Shown here: positions 58,988 to 64,000 of the stretch, piece by piece
How positions within the stretch are numbered: the stretch's first letter is position 1
How the letters are laid out: each line of letters starts with the position of its first letter
From: an uncultured delta proteobacterium
Lineage (GTDB): Bacteria; Desulfobacterota; Syntrophorhabdia; Syntrophorhabdales; WCHB1-27
Length of the DNA stretch: 64,000 bases
Direction of reading: 5' to 3'
Assembly (NCBI GenBank): GCA_963810935.1
Contig: CAWEPK010000005.1
Span: 128,001 to 192,000 of the forward strand
Position numbers and translations under genes: made by a program
The notes under the pieces: model-generated
What the model was told of the DNA's origin: nothing
Databases searched by the model: none
What the model saw: the letters and a program-made list of their open reading frames with translations, nothing else

Positions 58988-59806
58988 ATGAACCGGACAG
59001 AGAAACAAATGACGGAACATCTTCGGAAGATAAAGGACAAATATGCGGTAGTAGGCGTCAAGGCTGAGTTCGAGGCCGAGGGGACCAGGACGGAAGAGCT
59101 TATGAGACTCAAGGAGATATGCCTCTCCGCCGGTGCGTCCCTCACTCTCAAGATAGGGGGTTGCGAGGCCGTCCGGGACATGTACGACGCCCGCACGGTA
59201 GGGGTCGATTACCTCGTCGCACCCATGGTCGAGACACCGTTTTCGCTGCAAAAATATTTGAAGGCAATCGATATAGTCTTTCCGAAAGACGAGCAGGAGA
59301 AGATCGAATTTCTCATCAACGTGGAAACGATTATGGCCGCCGGGAACTTCAAAGAGATGATGACAGTGAACGGCATAGAAAAATTGGGGGGCATAGTCGT
59401 CGGCCGCGTGGACCTCGTGGGCTCTATGGGGCTCGACCGGAGCGCATGCGAGAGCGAAGAGATTTTCGCCATAGCGAAGGACCTGCTCGTAGAAACGAAA
59501 AAACAAAAGATGACCTACGTGCTGGGAGGCGCGATATCGGCCGACTCCCTCTCTTTTTTACGGCGGCTGTCCGGCGAGGCGATGATCGACAGGTACGAGA
59601 CAAGAAAGATCTGCTTCTCGTGCCCGGACGCCTTAAAGGACGGGGCCGAGCAAGGGATAGCGGAGGCCGTGGCGTTCGAGCTTTTGTGGCTGCAAAACAA
59701 GCGAAGCTTTTACAAGGCCATCGCTGAGGAAGACGATAAGAGGATCACGATGCTCGAGGCGCGCCACCGTCAGGCGGAGACCGGACAGGGCGTTAAGGGG
59801 GCGTGA
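58988..59806 (+). CDS. HpcH/HpaI aldolase/citrate-lyase family protein, paralogue 2
   Basis: 'AEFEAEG', 'KIGGCE', 'APMVET', 'NVET', 'GRVDL'. Confidence 0.7.
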   Translation: MNRTEKQMTEHLRKIKDKYAVVGVKAEFEAEGTRTEELMRLKEICLSAGASLTLKIGGCEAVRDMYDARTVGVDYLVAPMVETPFSLQKYLKAIDIVFPKDEQEKIEFLINVETIMAAGNFKEMMTVNGIEKLGGIVVGRVDLVGSMGLDRSACESEEIFAIAKDLLVETKKQKMTYVLGGAISADSLSFLRRLSGEAMIDRYETRKICFSCPDALKDGAEQGIAEAVAFELLWLQNKRSFYKAIAEEDDKRITMLEARHRQAETGQGVKGA

Positions 59807-60480
59807 TGGAAGCGGGCAGGCTTTCCGCGCTGGTCACGGGCGGCTCGGCGGGGATCGGTCTTGCCGTCGCCAAACGGCTGAAGGCGGAAGGCATCGACGT
59901 CATTACGCCTACCAGGCGCGATATGGACCTTTTGTCGGACGCATCGATAGACGCATACCTTAAGTCCCTCTCCCGGCCGGTCGATATCCTCATCAATAAT
60001 GCAGGCGTCAACATCATTGCGCCTCTTGCCGATATCACCGACGACTATATGCGGGAAACGATCCAGATTAATCTTCTCGCGCCTTTTCGCCTGGCCCGTG
60101 CGCTTGCGCCCGGTATGGCCGAGCGGAGTTACGGCAGGATAGTAAATATCAGCTCGATCTGGGCATACGTCAGCAAACCCGGAAGGCTCACGTATGCCAC
60201 GGCCAAATCCGGCCTGCAGGGAATGACGAGGACGCTGGCCGTGGAGCTCGCGCCTTACAACGTCCTAGTGAATGCCATAGCGCCCGGCTTCGTGAATACC
60301 GAAATGACGCGCCGGAACAATACCAGGGAGCAAATAGAGGCCATCGAGAAGAACATCCCCGCGGGCAGACTTGCGGAGCCTGAAGAGATCGCCGAGGCAA
60401 CCGCATTCCTCGCGTCAGAAAAGAATTCCTATATCACGGGCCAGACGATACTGGTAGACGGCGGGTTTACATGTCTCTGA
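59803..60480 (+). CDS. SDR family oxidoreductase
   Basis: 'TGGSAGIG', 'NNAG', 'YATAK', 'APG'. Confidence 0.88.
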   Translation: MMEAGRLSALVTGGSAGIGLAVAKRLKAEGIDVITPTRRDMDLLSDASIDAYLKSLSRPVDILINNAGVNIIAPLADITDDYMRETIQINLLAPFRLARALAPGMAERSYGRIVNISSIWAYVSKPGRLTYATAKSGLQGMTRTLAVELAPYNVLVNAIAPGFVNTEMTRRNNTREQIEAIEKNIPAGRLAEPEEIAEATAFLASEKNSYITGQTILVDGGFTCL

Positions 60481-61544
60481 TCACCGTCAAATCGAATATC
60501 CGGGACTACACGGTGAGCTTCCAGGAATCGTTCGCCTTCCTGGACGACCTCAAAAAAAAGCAGGAGAGGTGCTACGTAATCGACGAAAATGTGTGGCGTC
60601 TTTATTCGGCCGGGCCGCTCAAAGACCTCGCCGGCTCGGACGTTGTCGTGCTCCCCATACAGGAGGAGCTGAAATCCCTGGAGAGCGTCGAAAAACTTTA
60701 TGACTACCTCGTCCGGCGGACCGCCAAGCGCAACCTGACGCTTATCTCCATCGGAGGCGGCATCCTTCAGGACATATCCGGGTTCGTCGCGTCTACCCTC
60801 TACCGGGGAATTGACTGGGTCTTCATCCCCACCACCCTGCTCGCCCAGGCAGATAGCTGCATCGGCGCGAAGACCTCCCTGAACTATAAGTCCTTCAAAA
60901 ACCTGATAGGCACCTTCTATCCGCCGTCCGAGGTCATCGTTCATACCCCTTTTTTGCTCACGCAGGAGGACGTCGACTTTTACAGCGGGCTGGGCGAGGT
61001 CATAAAGCTGCATATGATCGGGGGCATGCAGTCGCTTCGTAAGATCGCCGGGGCAATGCCTGCGATAGAGCGTAAGGAGGCCGACGCGCTGAAGACATGC
61101 GTCTATGACTCCCTCGTCATTAAGCGCGGCTACATCATGGACGACGAATTCGACACCGGCAGGCGGAACATGCTCAATTTCGGCCATTGCTTCGGACACG
61201 CCATCGAGTTCGCGGCAGGCTACGAGATCCCGCACGGGCAGGCGATCGTGCTCGGCATGATGCTTGCCGAGATCGTCGCGAAAGAGCGCGGATTGCTTTC
61301 CCGGGAATTCTGCGGATTTCTTTCCGCGAAGCTTTTGTTGCCTGCACTAAAAGTAAAGGTCAGAACGGAACATCTCGACCCGGCAAGAATCGTCGAAGCC
61401 ATGCAGAAAGACAAGAAGCGGGTCGGCAAGGGGCTTGCTCTTGTCATGATGGGCGACAACTGTGAGATGTTCAAGGTGAACGATCTCACTGCGCGGGAAG
61501 CCTCTGACGCGCTCGATGCCGTATCGGTCGACCTGGCCCTCTGA
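60471..61544 (+). CDS. AroB-related sugar-phosphate cyclase (3-dehydroquinate synthase family)
   Basis: 'GGGILQD', 'YRG', 'PTTLLAQADSCIGAK', 'KNLIG', 'EVIK', 'LNFGHCFGHAIE', 'PHGQA', 'DKK'. Confidence 0.85.
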   Translation: MSLITVKSNIRDYTVSFQESFAFLDDLKKKQERCYVIDENVWRLYSAGPLKDLAGSDVVVLPIQEELKSLESVEKLYDYLVRRTAKRNLTLISIGGGILQDISGFVASTLYRGIDWVFIPTTLLAQADSCIGAKTSLNYKSFKNLIGTFYPPSEVIVHTPFLLTQEDVDFYSGLGEVIKLHMIGGMQSLRKIAGAMPAIERKEADALKTCVYDSLVIKRGYIMDDEFDTGRRNMLNFGHCFGHAIEFAAGYEIPHGQAIVLGMMLAEIVAKERGLLSREFCGFLSAKLLLPALKVKVRTEHLDPARIVEAMQKDKKRVGKGLALVMMGDNCEMFKVNDLTAREASDALDAVSVDLAL

Positions 61545-61644
61545 CGCCCGTCTTTCCCACCGCCCCGCAGCCTGCTTTTAGCGTCCACCCGTCATAGCGG
61601 CACAGTTCCCGGCGCCGACCTCCCCCCTCCGGCAGGAGACCATT

Positions 61645-62614
61645 ATGAGAAAACTGATAAGCATAATCGCGTCGGCATTCAATGAGGAAGGCAACATAGA
61701 AGAGCCTGTCCCGGCAACTCAAGGCCGTTTTCGACGAGAACGAGAGGTACGACTTCGAGGTGATCCTGGTCGAGAACGGATCGAGCGACCGCACTTTCGA
61801 AAAGATGCTAAAGCTCAACGAAGAGGACGGACGGTTCAAGATCGTGCAATTGTCGAGGAACTTCAGGATGGACGGCGGCATAACGGCCGGATTGAGCCAT
61901 GCCTCGGGCGACGCGGCCGTCATCATGACGGCAAACCTCCAGGACAAACCGGAAGTTATTACCGGTTTCATCAGGAAATGGGAAGAGGGTTATGAAAACG
62001 TCTACGGGATAGTTAGGAAAAGGACGGGCAAAGGGTTGCTGAGGCGATTCAACTCATTCTTGTTCTACAAGATAATAAACTCCATGACGAGCGGCCTGAT
62101 CCCCGAGAACGTGAGCGATTTCAGGCTTATGGACCGAAAGGTGTACGAAGCGATCAATTTCATGAAGGAGCGTAATCGCTTTCTTCGCGGCATGGTGGCC
62201 TGGACCGGGTTTAAGTCCGTCGGAGTGGAATACGAGCGGGCCAGGAGGTTTTCGGGCAAGTCTCACGCCCATTCGCTTCACGTCCTGCAGCTCGCAATCA
62301 ACAGCATATTCGCCTTTTCATACTTTCCCATCCGCTCAATCTCGTTTTTAGGCATAGCGTTGTCGGGGGTATCCCTTCTTTACCTCCTCTATACCGTAGT
62401 CAGGATATTCGAGAAGGGCGTTCCTTTCGCCGGTTACGGCACCATCGTCTCCCTCATAGTCCTGATGTTCGGGATCCTCTTTTTTATCCTCGGAATATTG
62501 GGCCAGTATATCGCGCAGATATACGAGGAAGTGAAGCAAAGGCCGAGCTATATCGTTAGCGCGAAGGTGGGGTTTGCAGATACGGCTGCCGCAGCGTCGA
62601 GGGACGGCAAATAA
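61645..62614 (+). CDS. GT2 glycosyltransferase, GtrB/DPM1-like with two C-terminal TMs; apparent frameshift near 61706
   Basis: 'AFNEEGNI', then shifted 'VENGSSDRT', 'LSRNF', 'NLQD', 'DFRLMDR', 'ERNRFLRG', 'IYEEVKQRP'. Confidence 0.87.
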
Positions 62615-62650
62615 TATAAATGGCGAAATCGCTGCCGTAACAAGAGAGTC

Positions 62651-64000
62651 ATGCTTCAATCAATCTACTATCTTCTTTTTATATACCTCTACCTTTCTTT
62701 CCTCGGGGCGGGCCTCTATCTGCTTCTCGCTCCGTCCTGGCTTAGGAAGCCGTACTATCTGCCCTTCGCAGTCCCGGTCCTCGGCTCGTCGCTCCTCTCC
62801 GTGCTGGGAATGTACGTCATCTGCCTGCGGCTGCACATCGGGGCGCTGATTCCTGTCTCCCTGACAGCGGCAGGTGTCCTGCTTCTATCGGGTCTATTGG
62901 CTCACCGGCGGGAAATCAGTCGAACCTGGTCCGAATTGAGGAATATACGACCGAGAATAAAGCATTTGCTGGTGGCCGTGCCTGCGATTATATGCGTGAT
63001 GCTGGCGGTCCTCTGGCCCGCTGTCAGGGAAGGGGCGCCGACCGTGCCTTTCCGGATCGGTCCCGATCAGATGTGCAATGTGATCGAGGCCCAATTCTTC
63101 CTGTCGGGCGGAACGATGAACAGCCCGACCGAGATAAACCGTTTCAGAAAAGACGATTGGATTCCAAGGTTGGCCATAGAGGGCATGCGGTGGAGTTTTC
63201 CGGCCGCTCTTGCGACTTATAACCGTCTTCTCGGAAGCCCTCACACGTACCGGGTCGGGTATCCCGCGATCGCTTTGCACCTGATATTCTTAGGCGGCCT
63301 GGCGTACTGCCTTCTTTATTACCGCTTCGGTCTGTCGCCGCCGGCCTCGTTGCTCGGCGGGGCCGCCGTTACCCTCAACTGCAACATGCTCAATGCGATC
63401 TGCGAAGGGTTCTGGGCGCAGGTCTTCACTATGCCGATGTTCGTCATCATGCTCCTCGCGTTGCTCGATCTACGGGACACTGAGAAAGTGCAGTCCCGGC
63501 CTGATATTTGGAAGTCGGTCGTTCTCCTCTCCCTTCTCGCCTTGCCTCTCATCACCGCATGGAGCGAAGGAACTCAGATCGTGCTTTATTTCTGGGTGAT
63601 CACGCTGGCGCTCGACCTTGCGCTCAAGAGGAAGATATCGAAGACTAACCTGATCGTACCGGTGGCAGCGCTCGTCACATTACTGCTCGCCGCCCCGGTC
63701 CTCCCGATGCTCAAGCAGCATTATATCAATGTAGCCAACCACTTTCTGCTGAATAGCGGGTTCCCGCAGCCGCATTGGGCTTTCCCATCGGAGATACTTG
63801 GCTTATCCGATATGTATCACAATTTCATGCGGTGGTTCGGGCGCTATTTTGTCCCCAAGACCGTACGCATGACGGGAGGTAGTCTTATTTTCAACACGAT
63901 TGCCTCCATAGTCATAATAGCCGCGTTCGCGCGACATACGCTCACCTCCCGATCCCTCGACAAGCCGTTTTGGCTGGCTGCGCCCGTCTTCGTCACTCTA
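62651..64000 (+). CDS. Polytopic membrane protein, GT-C-like; runs off the window's right edge
   Basis: Manual translation from ATG 62651 (MLQSIYYLLF...) is open to the window end; many TM helices and a loop containing 'RIGPD'. Confidence 0.6.
   Translation, partial: MLQSIYYLLFIYLYLSFLGAGLYLLLAPSWLRKPYYLPFAVPVLGSSLLSVLGMYVICLRLHIGALIPVSLTAAGVLLLSGLLAHRREISRTWSELRNIRPRIKHLLVAVPAIICVMLAVLWPAVREGAPTVPFRIGPDQMCNVIEAQFFLSGGTMNSPTEINRFRKDDWIPRLAIEGMRWSFPAALATYNRLLGSPHTYRVGYPAIALHLIFLGGLAYCLLYYRFGLSPPASLLGGAAVTLNCNMLNAICEGFWAQVFTMPMFVIMLLALLDLRDTEKVQSRPDIWKSVVLLSLLALPLITAWSEGTQIVLYFWVITLALDLALKRKISKTNLIVPVAALVTLLLAAPVLPMLKQHYINVANHFLLNSGFPQPHWAFPSEILGLSDMYHNFMRWFGRYFVPKTVRMTGGSLIFNTIASIVIIAAFARHTLTSRSLDKPFWLAAPVFVTL

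Noticed and set aside
56348..61544. Housekeeping ilvB and aroB
   Set aside because: No ilvN/ilvC or aroK/aroC neighbours, and both genes are embedded in a nucleotide-sugar operon.
51349..62614. Calling rfbF, rfbG, rfbH, the epimerase and the GT2 true pseudogenes
   Set aside because: Family motifs are preserved on both sides of each break and the lesions are single-base and motif-linked, so sequencing error is more parsimonious; unproven without reads.

Overview
64 kb of a GC-rich anaerobic bacterial chromosome. Gene content and order suggest Desulfobacterota/deltaproteobacteria, possibly Syntrophorhabdales (inference). No phage, IS, CRISPR or rRNA was seen. Left end (1-6445, minus strand): an inositol-lipid-like module (ino1, HAD phosphatase, NTP transferase, LPG-synthase/flippase-like protein) coupled to TolC and an MMPL/HpnN-type RND transporter. 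Middle (6.5-49 kb): mostly housekeeping genes (tRNA-Met, HU, archaeal-type ThyA, sppA, panE, xseA, thiC, ThiD-ThiN fusion, argS, lepB, satP, gatCA, valS, RomR-like pseudo-receiver, dGTPase, DnaJ, Csp) and a ParB-like/SPL-like radical SAM operon. Right end (49.3-64 kb, plus strand): a surface-glycan operon whose leader carries an exact RfaH ops element. It encodes rmlA, rmlD, the CDP-3,6-dideoxyhexose enzymes, a YerE-like ThDP enzyme, two tandem aldolase paralogues, an SDR, an AroB-like sugar-phosphate cyclase, a GtrB-like GT2 and a GT-C-like membrane protein. This is a candidate pathway for a branched or carbocyclic higher-carbon sugar. Other signals: a three-copy structured repeat with compensatory base changes, a 135-nt hairpin element, about seven promoters positioned for leaderless mRNAs, and eight apparent frameshifts, five of which map to AGCT sites (possibly methylation-linked sequencing error).
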